Positions 1-10,135 are shown, numbered from the stretch's first letter. The stretch is 64,000 nt of DNA from a virus (IMGVR_UViG_3300049740_002155); one strand, 5' to 3'. Notes: generated by a model not told the origin, from the sequence alone. Translations and numbers: made by a program.

Positions 1-2
1 AT

Positions 3-1889
3 AAGTGTGACCGTGCGTTCAAGGCCTCACACGTATTGAATACACAAACGGATAATTTTTATTGTAAACTTAATTTTGAAATATCCAATATAAATTATTA
101 TATTGAAAGAACTGCATCCACAAAAAAGAATGGAGATGTTACCGTTGTTGTAGATTTTTGGAAACTAGACGAAGATGGTCAGACCATTTCATTAAACGGT
201 GAACAAAGAGCAGGAACAAACGCACTTATTCGTGATCATGTAGGTTCTTATGATGACTTTGTATTAACTACTTTGAGTTTACAAAATAACAATGCGATTT
301 TCATAGATAAAAGTCAGAGTGAAAGAAAAGACTTGCTTGCTCAATTTATGGGAATTGATATATTTGATCAATTGCACTCTACTGCATCTGAAGATATAAA
401 AGAAATAAATGCATTATTAAAAAGATTTAATCGTGAAAATTTTGATGAAACATTGGTAGAGGTAACAGAAAAACTAAGCAGTATATCAGAACAATATTCA
501 GAGCAGGAAAGTAAAACTAATGTTGCACTACTAGAGCAAAAACGCATTAACAAAATTCTCTCAGATAAAAGTTCTAAATTTAAAAATTGTTCGTTTGATG
601 AAGATAGTTCCGACATAGATAATTTGGAATTTAATAAAAAGAACTTAGAAGATAGACTTGTGGTTGCAGAAGAACAAAGAGATGTAGAATCTGCACGAAA
701 AAAAGAACTTGTAAATAAACGAGGAGACTTATCAAAAAGAATTTCTGAGTTATCTGATGTAGAAGAAAATTATGTAAAGGTTCTTAAAATAAGAGAAGAG
801 GTTGTAATTGTTGATAAAGACTTAGCAGTTTTGAGAACTTCGGTTAATGCAAAACTTGATAAATTAAAACATTATGATGATCACGAATATGATCCGAAAT
901 GTTCATATTGTGTAAACAACTCTAAAAACTTAATTGAAAGTGCAGAGCAAACCAAACAAGAACTTGACAAAGATAAAGCAGCCGCAGACGAACTTGTAAA
1001 ACAAAAAGCAGTATATACAGAACAATTAAGTGAATTTGAGAATGTAGAAGATGAATATGAAGAATTAAAAGATTTGAACAACACTTTCACACAAACTTCA
1101 TTTGAAATCAACGAAGCAGATTCAAAAGTTCTTGCTTTATCTAGTATGATAGAGTCACTTGAAAAGGATATAGTAATTAATAACAAGAACATTGATTCAT
1201 ACCATGAGTGTAAAGACATAATTGAATTTAATAAAAAACTACAAGTCGAGGTAGATGCTCTTCAAGATAAGTTATTGTCTGTAAACAAAATAGCAAATGA
1301 TGAAAGTGAAAAACTTCAAACTCTTTTTGGTGAGGTAAAAATTGTTGAAAAAGAACACGAAGATATTCTTGCATCAATAGAAGAAGCAAAAAGCTACGAA
1401 AGAAAAAAACGAGGATATGAACTTTATCTTGATGCTGTAAAACGAGATGGTATATCATATGAACTTATTTCTAAAACTATTCCAAGTATTGAAAGTGAAG
1501 TAAATAATATACTTTCTCAAATCGTTGATTTCGGTATGAATCTCGAAATGGACGGAAAACATATTTACTCAAAGATTACTTACGAGGATCGTCATTGGCC
1601 ATTAGAAATGTGCAGTGGCATGGAACGATTCATAAGCAGTATTGCTATGCGTGTAGCACTTATCAATGTAAGTAGTCTTCCTCGTTCTAATTTCCTTGTT
1701 ATTGATGAAGGGTGGGGTTCATTAGACGGAGACAATATCAGCAGTGTATTTAATCTATTTACATATCTAAAAGGTCAGTTTGAGTTCATACTTGTTATAA
1801 GTCATTTGGATGTTATGAGAGATATGGTAGACGAAATTGTAGAAATTCAAAAAGAAGGTTCATTTAGTAAGATAAATTACGGAGCATAA
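3..1889 (+). CDS. gp46: Recombination endonuclease ATPase subunit (T4 gp46 / SbcC-Rad50-like), 5'-partial
   Basis: Frame is open back to position 3 (KCDRAFKASHVLNTQ...). Long coiled coil with central CxxC zinc hook (CSYC), ABC-signature variant CSGME, Walker B/D-loop FLVIDEGWGSLD and H-loop VISH. Confidence 0.9.
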   Translation, partial: KCDRAFKASHVLNTQTDNFYCKLNFEISNINYYIERTASTKKNGDVTVVVDFWKLDEDGQTISLNGEQRAGTNALIRDHVGSYDDFVLTTLSLQNNNAIFIDKSQSERKDLLAQFMGIDIFDQLHSTASEDIKEINALLKRFNRENFDETLVEVTEKLSSISEQYSEQESKTNVALLEQKRINKILSDKSSKFKNCSFDEDSSDIDNLEFNKKNLEDRLVVAEEQRDVESARKKELVNKRGDLSKRISELSDVEENYVKVLKIREEVVIVDKDLAVLRTSVNAKLDKLKHYDDHEYDPKCSYCVNNSKNLIESAEQTKQELDKDKAAADELVKQKAVYTEQLSEFENVEDEYEELKDLNNTFTQTSFEINEADSKVLALSSMIESLEKDIVINNKNIDSYHECKDIIEFNKKLQVEVDALQDKLLSVNKIANDESEKLQTLFGEVKIVEKEHEDILASIEEAKSYERKKRGYELYLDAVKRDGISYELISKTIPSIESEVNNILSQIVDFGMNLEMDGKHIYSKITYEDRHWPLEMCSGMERFISSIAMRVALINVSSLPRSNFLVIDEGWGSLDGDNISSVFNLFTYLKGQFEFILVISHLDVMRDMVDEIVEIQKEGSFSKINYGA

Positions 1890-1904
1890 AACATATTTAG
1901 ATAT

Positions 1905-1912
1905 ATATTTAT
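1905..1912 (+). promoter_or_regulatory. ATATTTAT putative phage late-promoter motif (a second TATTTAT at 1928-1934 overlaps the ATG)
   Basis: Recurring intergenic motif upstream of ORF 1933. Confidence 0.55.
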
Positions 1913-1932
1913 TATGTACCTAAAATGTATTT

Positions 1933-2976
1933 ATGGAAAATTCTGAAGAAAATCAAAAAGTCCAAGAAACCCTGATTAAAGCAGGATTGCGTAAAGGATA
2001 CTTTACACTTGTAGAGGGTGTATATGACCCTGGCATTTTAAAAGCAGTATTTCTAGCAGGTGGTCCTGGTTCTGGTAAATCTGCTACTGTTGATACATTA
2101 TTCAATTTTCCACCGGATGCAAGAAACTTATCACCAAGTGGATTAAAGATTGTTAATAGTGATCCTGCATTTGAGATATTACTAAAAAAAGCAGGATACG
2201 ATTTAAATCTTGCTAAAATGGACGACAAAACCTTTAGCAAAGTAACAAGCAATGATCCAAATAGTGTTCGTTCCCGTGCAAAGAAAATAATGCTTAAACA
2301 ATTTGAGTTATTTAAAGATGGTCGTTTGGGTGTTATCGTTGATGGAACTGGTGATGATTATGCTAAAATATCAAAGCAAAAAAAAGAACTTGAAAAACTA
2401 GGATACGATTGTTATATGGTGTTTGTAAACACAACATTAGATGTGGCACAACAAAGAAACGCAATGCGTAAAAGAAAACTTCCACGAAAAATAGTAAAAG
2501 ATATTTGGACAGATGTTCAAAAAAATCTTGGTAAGTTTCAAGGTTTGTTTAAAGCAAATTTTGTTATAGTAGATAATTCAGAAGATACTCGCAGTAAAAC
2601 AAAACCTGGTAGATTAGATTTAGTTCCACGACTTATGAAAGAAGTTGCAAGATTTATATCCAAACCAATTCGTAATCCACTTGGAAAAAAGTGGATTAAA
2701 ATGATGATGGCACATGATAGGGTGAGTAAGAGTGGTGATAAAAGAAATCGTATGAACGAAGAACTGGATATGGTTTCAATGGGAGATGTAGTTCTACCTA
2801 TGGATTTGGAAAGACATTTATCTCGTTCTATATTTGTAATTAAAAAATTTAAATTAAACGAAAGACGGAATCTTGCAATTATATCAAGACTGGTTGAAAG
2901 TTTAGAGTTGGATAGAAACCAACTTAATAAATACTTCCATCAAATTAGAACATTAAAGTTCAGAGGAGAAAAATGA
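1933..2976 (+). CDS. P-loop kinase (zeta-toxin/AAA_33/PNK-kinase-like) with extra C-terminal module
   Basis: Walker A FLAGGPGSGKS, NSD, Walker-B-like VIVDGTG and lid-like RNAMRKR. Confidence 0.75.
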   Translation: MENSEENQKVQETLIKAGLRKGYFTLVEGVYDPGILKAVFLAGGPGSGKSATVDTLFNFPPDARNLSPSGLKIVNSDPAFEILLKKAGYDLNLAKMDDKTFSKVTSNDPNSVRSRAKKIMLKQFELFKDGRLGVIVDGTGDDYAKISKQKKELEKLGYDCYMVFVNTTLDVAQQRNAMRKRKLPRKIVKDIWTDVQKNLGKFQGLFKANFVIVDNSEDTRSKTKPGRLDLVPRLMKEVARFISKPIRNPLGKKWIKMMMAHDRVSKSGDKRNRMNEELDMVSMGDVVLPMDLERHLSRSIFVIKKFKLNERRNLAIISRLVESLELDRNQLNKYFHQIRTLKFRGEK

Positions 2977-3326
2977 TGTTTGACAAAATACTTGATGAAT
3001 TGATACTTGAAGATAAGTTGGGTGAGACATGGAGACTTGAAATGGCTCCAAATCATGCACATTATAGTTTTTCTTCATCAAAAAGTGGAAATGAAAAGTG
3101 GGCAAAACAATTGGCAATGAAACTTTTAAAAAATGAAAAAGATGATTTTAAGTTCATTGGAATTTATAGTGAGGGTGAAACTGATCTTGGTCCAATCGTT
3201 GATGGATATATATTTCATTGCACACCTGAGTACCTTGATAAAGCACCTCATTTGCATCGTGAGAAAAAAAAGGCCTGCAAACAACACATTAAAACAGGAA
3301 AAATTATTGAATATTTTGAGGACTGA
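2973..3326 (+). CDS. Hypothetical protein
   Basis: 117-aa ORF with GAGGAG SD and ATGA overlap with the upstream stop. Confidence 0.65.
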   Translation: MMFDKILDELILEDKLGETWRLEMAPNHAHYSFSSSKSGNEKWAKQLAMKLLKNEKDDFKFIGIYSEGETDLGPIVDGYIFHCTPEYLDKAPHLHREKKKACKQHIKTGKIIEYFED

Positions 3327-3328
3327 TT

Positions 3329-3844
3329 ATGAGCATAAAAGAATACAAACGATACAAAGATGATCCGTTTTGGATGAAGTCAAAATATGATGGAGTTTCG
3401 GGTGAACAAAGACTACCTGTACAACGAAGACTTCGCAAGGGTGGCATTAAGTTTAAGAAAGGTGATGAAATACTTTATTATCCAAAAGGAAAAGTGATTT
3501 TAGTCGGAAAAGAAGCAGAGCAAGCATACCGTGATTTTCAGGCAGCTGCACAGGATGAAGATTTTTATATGTCGATGTACGAGGGCAAAACTATGAATGA
3601 AATTAAAATAACAAGTAAAGAATATAAACAAGCAATTGATTTTATGTCGGATATGCATTCCAGTATATTAAAAGCAAAAGACAAAGTTATAGCATTTCTT
3701 AAAAGAAAAGGATTTGATGAAATGGCAGATGAACTTTCTCCTATGTCTAAAATTGAATTTAAGAAGTTTGTTGAAAAACGAGTGTATGAGCAAAAAATTA
3801 GAAAACAAATTCGTACAATTCTTTCTGAAATATTAAAAAAGTGA
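3329..3844 (+). CDS. Hypothetical protein (probable head-associated)
   Basis: 171-aa ORF tightly coupled to its neighbours; IKE/MNE/LSE motifs. Confidence 0.65.
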   Translation: MSIKEYKRYKDDPFWMKSKYDGVSGEQRLPVQRRLRKGGIKFKKGDEILYYPKGKVILVGKEAEQAYRDFQAAAQDEDFYMSMYEGKTMNEIKITSKEYKQAIDFMSDMHSSILKAKDKVIAFLKRKGFDEMADELSPMSKIEFKKFVEKRVYEQKIRKQIRTILSEILKK

Positions 3845-6348
3845 AAACTGAACTAAGAGAATTGCTTACTCAAAATTTAACTGAGTATGTTGTGAAAGAT
3901 GTATTGCAAGAAAATTCAATACGAAAAGTTATTGGAATATATCCTGGTAGATTTCAACCAGCAGGAGTGCATCACTATAAAACATACAAATGGTTGGATG
4001 GTAAGTTTGATAAAGCATATGTAGCAACTAGTGACAAAACGGATGCCACAAAAAGTCCATTGAATTTCAAGGAAAAGAAAATGGTATGGACAAAGCATGG
4101 AGTCCGGAATGTTACAAAAGTAAAAAATCCATATGTATGTGAAGAAATTTTAAAGAAGTATGATCCAAATACAACGGCAGTCGTTTATATTTTCGGAGAA
4201 AAAGATGCGGGTAGATTAAAAACAACCAAAGCAGATGGTTCTCCTGCGTATTATCAATCATATGAAAAAAATAAAAATGATTTGAAACCATACGGTGAAC
4301 ATGGATATTTTATTGTAGCACCACACGTAAGCATTAAGGTTTTAGGAAAAGAAGTTAGTGGTACTCGTATTCGTGATTTATTAGGAAGTCCTGAACACGA
4401 CAAAATGACAAAAATTCAAGCATTTGAAGAATTGTTTGGTTGGTATGATGAAAAAATATTCAAGTACCTTACAAAGAAATTCAGCACATTGTTTGAAAAT
4501 GAAGAGTTATTTGAAAGTTTTTTGCAGAACTATCCAAACTTTACAAAATCAATTTCAACTATATTGAATGAAGTAAGCACAATAGCCGCATCGGGTATTC
4601 TGTTGGTTGATGACGGTCCGGGTTCTTTTTTCCCAAACAAAGTTTACGAAACTGAAAGTGCGGAAAGAGTTCAGCAACTTGGGTATGATCTTTTAGATTA
4701 TGTAGTGGGTAAAAACGGAGTAGGTAGAAATGCAGATTATAGAATGTGGAAAGAATACGCAGGACCCGTACCGGCAGTATCTTTTTATCCTGCAGGTGTA
4801 ACAGACGAAATAACTGCAAATAATCAAATTTCAATAGAAAAATCAAAATCAGCACACGAACAATGGGTTGAGGTAATAGATTCTGTTGCTCAAACTTCTG
4901 GATATAAATTAGTAGACTTTATAGGTTCAGACGCATCTATACGAAAAGTAGATAGGTCCGGAGAAGAAAATGTAGACGGAAATACACTGGATGTTGATGT
5001 TGATGAAAAAGAAGATAAAATAGAAAAGGGTGTTGAAGGTCAAGTAATCAAAGAAAATCAACTTCTGACGGAAGGAGGTGCAGCGGGACATATGAGCCAT
5101 CCGTTTGATGATCGTGATTTAACGTTTGGTGATTTAAAGGAAATGATTCGTAGATCACTCGCCGGAGAACTAAATGTTGAAAAAGAAGTTACTGAAAAAC
5201 TTGATGGACAAAATTTAATGTTTTCTTGGAAAGATGGTGAGTTAGTGGCTGCAAGAAATCAAGGTCATTTAAAAAATGCAGGAGCAGCCGCACCCAATGT
5301 AAAAGAATTTTCAAGTATATTTGCTGATCGTCCTGAGAATATACGTGATGCATTTGTAAGTGCAGTTGAAGATTTGGAAACTGCTATATCTGGTCTTACG
5401 GATGCTCAGAAGAATAAAGTATTTCGTGAAGGTGAACGTTTTATGAATATAGAGGTAATGACACCTGCTACACAAAATGTTATTCCTCAAAATGCAGATA
5501 TGTTGGTATTCCACGGAACACAGGCATATGATTCCGCAGGAAAACCAGTTAGTGTAGATTCCGAAGGAAATGATATAACAGGTGAACTTAAAGATTCTGC
5601 AAGAATGCTTAAAGGTATGTTGAAACAAATAAATGCAGATGTTCAAAGTCGTTATTCATTGAATGCACCGATTGTGGTGGAACTTCCTAAAAGCAAAACA
5701 TTTGGAGATTCTTATGCAAAGTATTCTGCTAAAATAGATAAACTGAAAAATAAATTTAGATTAAAAGACAACGACAAAGTAATGAAGTATCATGATTCTT
5801 GGTGGAGAGATTTACTGAACAAACAACAAACAAAAACTAAAGAGATATTTCCATCAAACGTATACGAAGCACTTATTGGTCGTTGGGCATATAATGATAA
5901 GTCTAACAAAATTACTACAATTAAAAAAGACTTATCTGATCACCCAAAGTTACTTGCGTGGGTCACTAAGTTTGAAAAAGAAGATATTACAAAACAATTT
6001 GAAGAAAATATGTGGCCATTTCAATTCATCTTTTTGAAATTGGGTGCGGAAGTATTAAAGAATGTAAAAGGATTTGTTGCGGCCGGTGGAAGTGATGATA
6101 TTGCAAAAGCACTAGATGTTCATGTTAAAACATTAGAATCAAAAAAGATTGGTTCTGTTGAATCACCTGATAAGTTTAAGAAAGACATGGAGAAGTTAAA
6201 TAAAAATCTCAATCGTCTTAATTCTATTGGTGGAAGCAACGCAATCGCACCAACAGAAGGTGTTGTATTTCAATATAAAGGTGGAACATATAAACTTACA
6301 GGTACATTTGCTCCTATAAATCAAATTATGGGTATAATGAGATTTTAA
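3841..6348 (+). CDS. Multidomain protein: HIGH-family nucleotidyltransferase-like N-terminal domain, middle domain, ATP-dependent ligase-like C-terminal domain
   Basis: GIYPGRFQPAGVHH (degenerate GRFQPxHxGH) and SGTxxR; C-terminal domain has TEKLDG (motif I KxDG), EGVV (motif IV) and YKLTG (motif V). GTG start overlaps the upstream TGA. Confidence 0.7.
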   Translation: MKTELRELLTQNLTEYVVKDVLQENSIRKVIGIYPGRFQPAGVHHYKTYKWLDGKFDKAYVATSDKTDATKSPLNFKEKKMVWTKHGVRNVTKVKNPYVCEEILKKYDPNTTAVVYIFGEKDAGRLKTTKADGSPAYYQSYEKNKNDLKPYGEHGYFIVAPHVSIKVLGKEVSGTRIRDLLGSPEHDKMTKIQAFEELFGWYDEKIFKYLTKKFSTLFENEELFESFLQNYPNFTKSISTILNEVSTIAASGILLVDDGPGSFFPNKVYETESAERVQQLGYDLLDYVVGKNGVGRNADYRMWKEYAGPVPAVSFYPAGVTDEITANNQISIEKSKSAHEQWVEVIDSVAQTSGYKLVDFIGSDASIRKVDRSGEENVDGNTLDVDVDEKEDKIEKGVEGQVIKENQLLTEGGAAGHMSHPFDDRDLTFGDLKEMIRRSLAGELNVEKEVTEKLDGQNLMFSWKDGELVAARNQGHLKNAGAAAPNVKEFSSIFADRPENIRDAFVSAVEDLETAISGLTDAQKNKVFREGERFMNIEVMTPATQNVIPQNADMLVFHGTQAYDSAGKPVSVDSEGNDITGELKDSARMLKGMLKQINADVQSRYSLNAPIVVELPKSKTFGDSYAKYSAKIDKLKNKFRLKDNDKVMKYHDSWWRDLLNKQQTKTKEIFPSNVYEALIGRWAYNDKSNKITTIKKDLSDHPKLLAWVTKFEKEDITKQFEENMWPFQFIFLKLGAEVLKNVKGFVAAGGSDDIAKALDVHVKTLESKKIGSVESPDKFKKDMEKLNKNLNRLNSIGGSNAIAPTEGVVFQYKGGTYKLTGTFAPINQIMGIMRF

Positions 6349-6350
6349 TC

Positions 6351-7388
6351 ATGGAAGAGAAAAAACTTTCAATTGCAGCCAGAAGAAAACTATCAAGAGC
6401 AGCCAAACGAACTGCTAAAAAACGTTTACTTAAAAAAAAGTTATTGGCAAAACGAATGAAAACACCTGAAAAGTTAAAAGCATCTGCACAAAAGGCTGCC
6501 AAGAATGTTCTTGTAAAAAAAATTACAGGAGGGAAGTCGTATTCAGATTTAAGTATTACTCAAAAACAGACAATTGATAATAAACTAAAACCAGCAATAA
6601 TCGCAAAGGTCGCCAGAAAGATGTTACCAAAAATAAAAGCAAAAGAAAAAGAACGACTCAAACGAGTTAGAGCAAATACAAATACGGTGCAGGAAAATAA
6701 ACACGGAGTTTTGACTTTAAAAGTAAATGGATCACATCCAGAAGTATCTGCACATTATGAAGATGGGAAACTAAAACCATATATCTTTAAAACAAGAGAA
6801 GACGCAAAAAAACATTGTAAGAAAGTTGGAGGAAAACCATTTGAGTCATTTGAAACTGGTAGGTTCTATGTAGAGTTTACAAAAATAGACGGACCAATAA
6901 ATGAAAAATCTGTGTCAAAATCTCAACAAAGATTATTTGGAATGGTTCACGCATATAACAAAGGTGAGTTAAAAAAGTCTGATGTGGATGGTGGTTTATA
7001 TTCTAAGATTAAAAAAATAGCAAACGGAATGACAAAAAAGGATACAAAGAAAATGGCAAAAACTGATCACGATGATTTACCTGAAAAAGTTCCAACGAAT
7101 GAAAGTAAAGAAAACCAAGAAAATTTAAAAGATTTAAAAGCAATACTCGATGTTGCTAAAATGCTAAGTGATAAAAGTCCATATTTTAAAGGTCGTGGTA
7201 GCAAAAAAGAATATATTAAAATGCTTGTTCACAAAATACAAAAGTTGTCCGAGTCAAAAAAGCAAAAGTTATTAACCAAGATGGACGCATATAAAAAAGT
7301 TCGTAAAACAACTATGCCAAAAAGTATTCCTATGAAAAACAAAAAGGCATATGACAGAAAAGACTTTAAACGAGGTAAATATGATTAA
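6351..7388 (+). CDS. Basic modular protein (probable internal head protein) with a DUF3008-like segment
   Basis: Lys/Arg-rich N-terminus; segment KSVSKSQQRLFGMVHAYNKGELKK...MAKTDHDDLPEKV resembles DUF3008 (from recollection). Confidence 0.6.
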   Translation: MEEKKLSIAARRKLSRAAKRTAKKRLLKKKLLAKRMKTPEKLKASAQKAAKNVLVKKITGGKSYSDLSITQKQTIDNKLKPAIIAKVARKMLPKIKAKEKERLKRVRANTNTVQENKHGVLTLKVNGSHPEVSAHYEDGKLKPYIFKTREDAKKHCKKVGGKPFESFETGRFYVEFTKIDGPINEKSVSKSQQRLFGMVHAYNKGELKKSDVDGGLYSKIKKIANGMTKKDTKKMAKTDHDDLPEKVPTNESKENQENLKDLKAILDVAKMLSDKSPYFKGRGSKKEYIKMLVHKIQKLSESKKQKLLTKMDAYKKVRKTTMPKSIPMKNKKAYDRKDFKRGKYD

Positions 7389-7782
7389 GTTAAATGGAAA
7401 CATTTATCTAAAGGCAAACGAATTAGAAAAATATATAAACGAAGTTGCAAAACGATTTAAAACTTCGCACCGTGCAATATTACCCCAACAAATTACATAT
7501 CTTGATAAAGAATTTGTTGATAGTATAAAAGAAGAAGAGAAAAACTTGTGTTTATCTATTGTCTTTTTATATGGGTATGGAGAGGATCATGCTCCTTTAA
7601 AAAAAATAATACAAGGAATACACGACAGATTTAGAAAAGAAAATGAGTGTTGTGAAAAATTATACTTTATGCAATACGACTTAACAGATACTCAACGTAA
7701 GAAATATAGAACTCAATACGAGAACTTTTTAATAAATGTTTTTTTGAATGAGTGTATTAGAAAATTAGAAATACTATCATAG
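7381..7782 (+). CDS. Hypothetical protein
   Basis: The ORF track start is 7351; ATG at 7381 overlapping the upstream stop, with GAGG upstream, is more plausible. Confidence 0.55.
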   Translation: MIKLNGNIYLKANELEKYINEVAKRFKTSHRAILPQQITYLDKEFVDSIKEEEKNLCLSIVFLYGYGEDHAPLKKIIQGIHDRFRKENECCEKLYFMQYDLTDTQRKKYRTQYENFLINVFLNECIRKLEILS

Positions 7783-7822
7783 TATTTGACAAAAAATAAA
7801 AAATATGGAATAATAATAGGTT

Positions 7823-8449
7823 ATGGCAAAAATGGATAAAGATGACTTGAAGTATGTGATAAAAAGATCACGTAAATTGTTTAAAGGTGAAGAACTTCCC
7901 AAAGTACATGGATACGAGGGAGAGGTTGAGGAACTTGTAATCCGACAACCAGGTGAAGTTTGGACAGATAAAGCTGGAAAAGAATGGAAACAAGTTGGTT
8001 CTAATTCAAAGGTTAGAACAGAAACTTTAATGGATAAGGTCCGAAAGTCTTTAAGAGAAGCACCGAATTGTCCTAAGAAAATGTGTACGGTTGATCCAAC
8101 TAAAAACCTAGACAAAAGAATGCTTGCTATGAAAGGTATGTGTTTTGATTGTGTTCAAGAATACGAACAAAAACTAAAGGATGAAGGTAAGTACGAAGCA
8201 TATGAAAAAAAGACTATGCTTGAAAATGAACTTAGTTTTCTGTTAGACACCAAAACAAAATTGGTGGAATCAAAAGAGCATATTACAAACGATCCCGAGT
8301 TTTTAAATGAAGATGGTTCACTTGAGCAGTGGAATCTTCCAAATAAACAGCAAGTTATGGGTGATTTGGAAAAAGATTTAGAAGAACTTGAAAATCGTTT
8401 AAAAGAAGTTGAAGAGAATTTAGAAGAATATGTGGATATGACTTTTTAA
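7823..8449 (+). CDS. Hypothetical protein with Cys motif (CPKKMC...CFDC) and coiled-coil C-terminus, upstream of terminase
   Basis: 208-aa ORF followed by an intrinsic terminator. Confidence 0.7.
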   Translation: MAKMDKDDLKYVIKRSRKLFKGEELPKVHGYEGEVEELVIRQPGEVWTDKAGKEWKQVGSNSKVRTETLMDKVRKSLREAPNCPKKMCTVDPTKNLDKRMLAMKGMCFDCVQEYEQKLKDEGKYEAYEKKTMLENELSFLLDTKTKLVESKEHITNDPEFLNEDGSLEQWNLPNKQQVMGDLEKDLEELENRLKEVEENLEEYVDMTF

Positions 8450-8478
8450 AAGTTTCAAGGTATCCTTGAAACTTTTTT
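8448..8478 (+). terminator. Intrinsic terminator
   Basis: AAAAGTTTCAAGG-TAT-CCTTGAAACTTTT inverted repeat followed by T run. Confidence 0.75.
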
Positions 8479-8503
8479 ATATTATAGAAAATTAAATACA
8501 TAT

Positions 8504-8511
8504 ATATTTAT
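8504..8511 (+). promoter_or_regulatory. ATATTTAT motif 5 nt before terminase ATG
   Basis: Lies between terminator and ATG; no SD. Confidence 0.6.
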
Positions 8512-8516
8512 TCTTA

Positions 8517-10118
8517 ATGGCAGGTAATCAAAAAGTTCCATTAAGGGAAATAATAAAACAGGAGTATACGGAGTGTTTAAAATCACCGTCATACTTCATG
8601 AAAAAATACTGCAAGATTCAGCACCCAACTTTGGGTACGATTCCATTTGCACTGTATGACTTTCAGGCAAAAACTCTTGAAAGTTTTCGTGACGAACAAT
8701 TTAATATTGTTTTAAAAGCAAGACAAATGGGAATATCCACCCTTGTATCAGGATACGCATTGTGGTTGATGACCTTTTTTACAGATAAAAGTATTCTTTG
8801 TATTGCTATCAATCAAGAAACTGCAAAAAACATTGTTACAAAAGTAACTCATATGTCTGAACATCTACCGAGTTGGTTGCGAAGTGAGTGTACAGAAAAA
8901 AACAAACTTAGTATGCGTTTTAAAAACGGAAGTAATATTCGTGCAGCCTCAAGTAGTGTAGATGCTTCTCGTTCGTCATCATTGAGTTTACTTATCGTGG
9001 ACGAGTGTGCGTTTATTACAAACATGGAAGATATATGGACTGCGTCACAATCTACAATTACAACTGGTGGTCGTTCTATTCTGTTATCAACTCCGAATGG
9101 TATCGGTAACTTTTTCCACAAAACTTGGGTTGGTACTATGGATGGATCAAATGACTTTAATCCAATTAATTTGCATTGGTCATTGCATCCTGATCGTGAT
9201 CAAAAGTGGAGAGACCTACAAACCAAAGTTCTTGGTGAAAAAGACGCAGCCCAAGAGTGTGATTGTGACTTTATCAGTAGTGGTCGTTCGGTTGTGGATG
9301 CTAGTTTAATTGAATGGTACAAATCCACAATGATGAAGGAACCTGTTGAAAAACGAGGTGCAAACAAAGAATATTGGATATGGGAATATCCAAATCATAA
9401 CAAAGATTATGTTGTGGCTGCTGATGTTGCAAGAGGAGACGGAAAGGATAAAAGTGCATTTCATGTATTTGATGTAGAAAACGTAAGACAGGTGGCTGAA
9501 TTTAAAGGAGAAATAGAAACAAAAGATTTCGGCAATTTACTTGTTGCAGTAGCAAGTGAATTTAATGGAGCATTGTTGGTGGTAGAAAATGCAAATATTG
9601 GGTGGGCTGTGTTGCAACAAATAATAGATAAAGGATATAATAATCTTTATTACACACAAAGAGATTACCAATATATAGACGAATTTACTCAACATACAAA
9701 CAAATTGAACAGAATGGAAAAGAAGCAGGTTCCTGGTTTCACTACATCGATGAAAACACGTCCACTTATCATTAGTAAAATGGAAACATATGTCCGTGAA
9801 AAAGAACTTGAACTTGTATCAGAAAGAACTATTGAAGAATTATTCACATTTGTTTGGAATGGTCAACGTGCAGAGGCAATGCAAGGATATAATGACGATT
9901 TGGTAATAAGTTTGTGTATTGCTCTGTGGGTTCGTGATACTGCTCTAAGATTTAGATCAGAGAATATTGAAACTCAAAAAAGTTTATTTGACTATATGGG
10001 CAGTACGACAAATATGGATGCAGGACAAGCATTTTTAAATTCTGGTTTAAAGACCAATCCATATGAAATGAAAAATCCCCACGGAGGAAGTGAAAGTTTA
10101 GATTGGCTACTTAAATAA
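8517..10118 (+). CDS. terL: Terminase large subunit (T4 gp17-like)
   Basis: LKARQMGIST (Walker A), LLIVDECAF (Walker B), STPNG (motif III); RNase H-fold nuclease residues AADVARGDGKD and NDDLV. Confidence 0.95.
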   Translation: MAGNQKVPLREIIKQEYTECLKSPSYFMKKYCKIQHPTLGTIPFALYDFQAKTLESFRDEQFNIVLKARQMGISTLVSGYALWLMTFFTDKSILCIAINQETAKNIVTKVTHMSEHLPSWLRSECTEKNKLSMRFKNGSNIRAASSSVDASRSSSLSLLIVDECAFITNMEDIWTASQSTITTGGRSILLSTPNGIGNFFHKTWVGTMDGSNDFNPINLHWSLHPDRDQKWRDLQTKVLGEKDAAQECDCDFISSGRSVVDASLIEWYKSTMMKEPVEKRGANKEYWIWEYPNHNKDYVVAADVARGDGKDKSAFHVFDVENVRQVAEFKGEIETKDFGNLLVAVASEFNGALLVVENANIGWAVLQQIIDKGYNNLYYTQRDYQYIDEFTQHTNKLNRMEKKQVPGFTTSMKTRPLIISKMETYVREKELELVSERTIEELFTFVWNGQRAEAMQGYNDDLVISLCIALWVRDTALRFRSENIETQKSLFDYMGSTTNMDAGQAFLNSGLKTNPYEMKNPHGGSESLDWLLK

Positions 10119-10135
10119 CAAAACGGAGAAAACAA

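Noticed and set aside
7786-7814. TTGACA followed by AATAAT upstream of ORF 7823
   Set aside because: The -10 lacks the conserved first T at a 17-nt spacing; too weak to call
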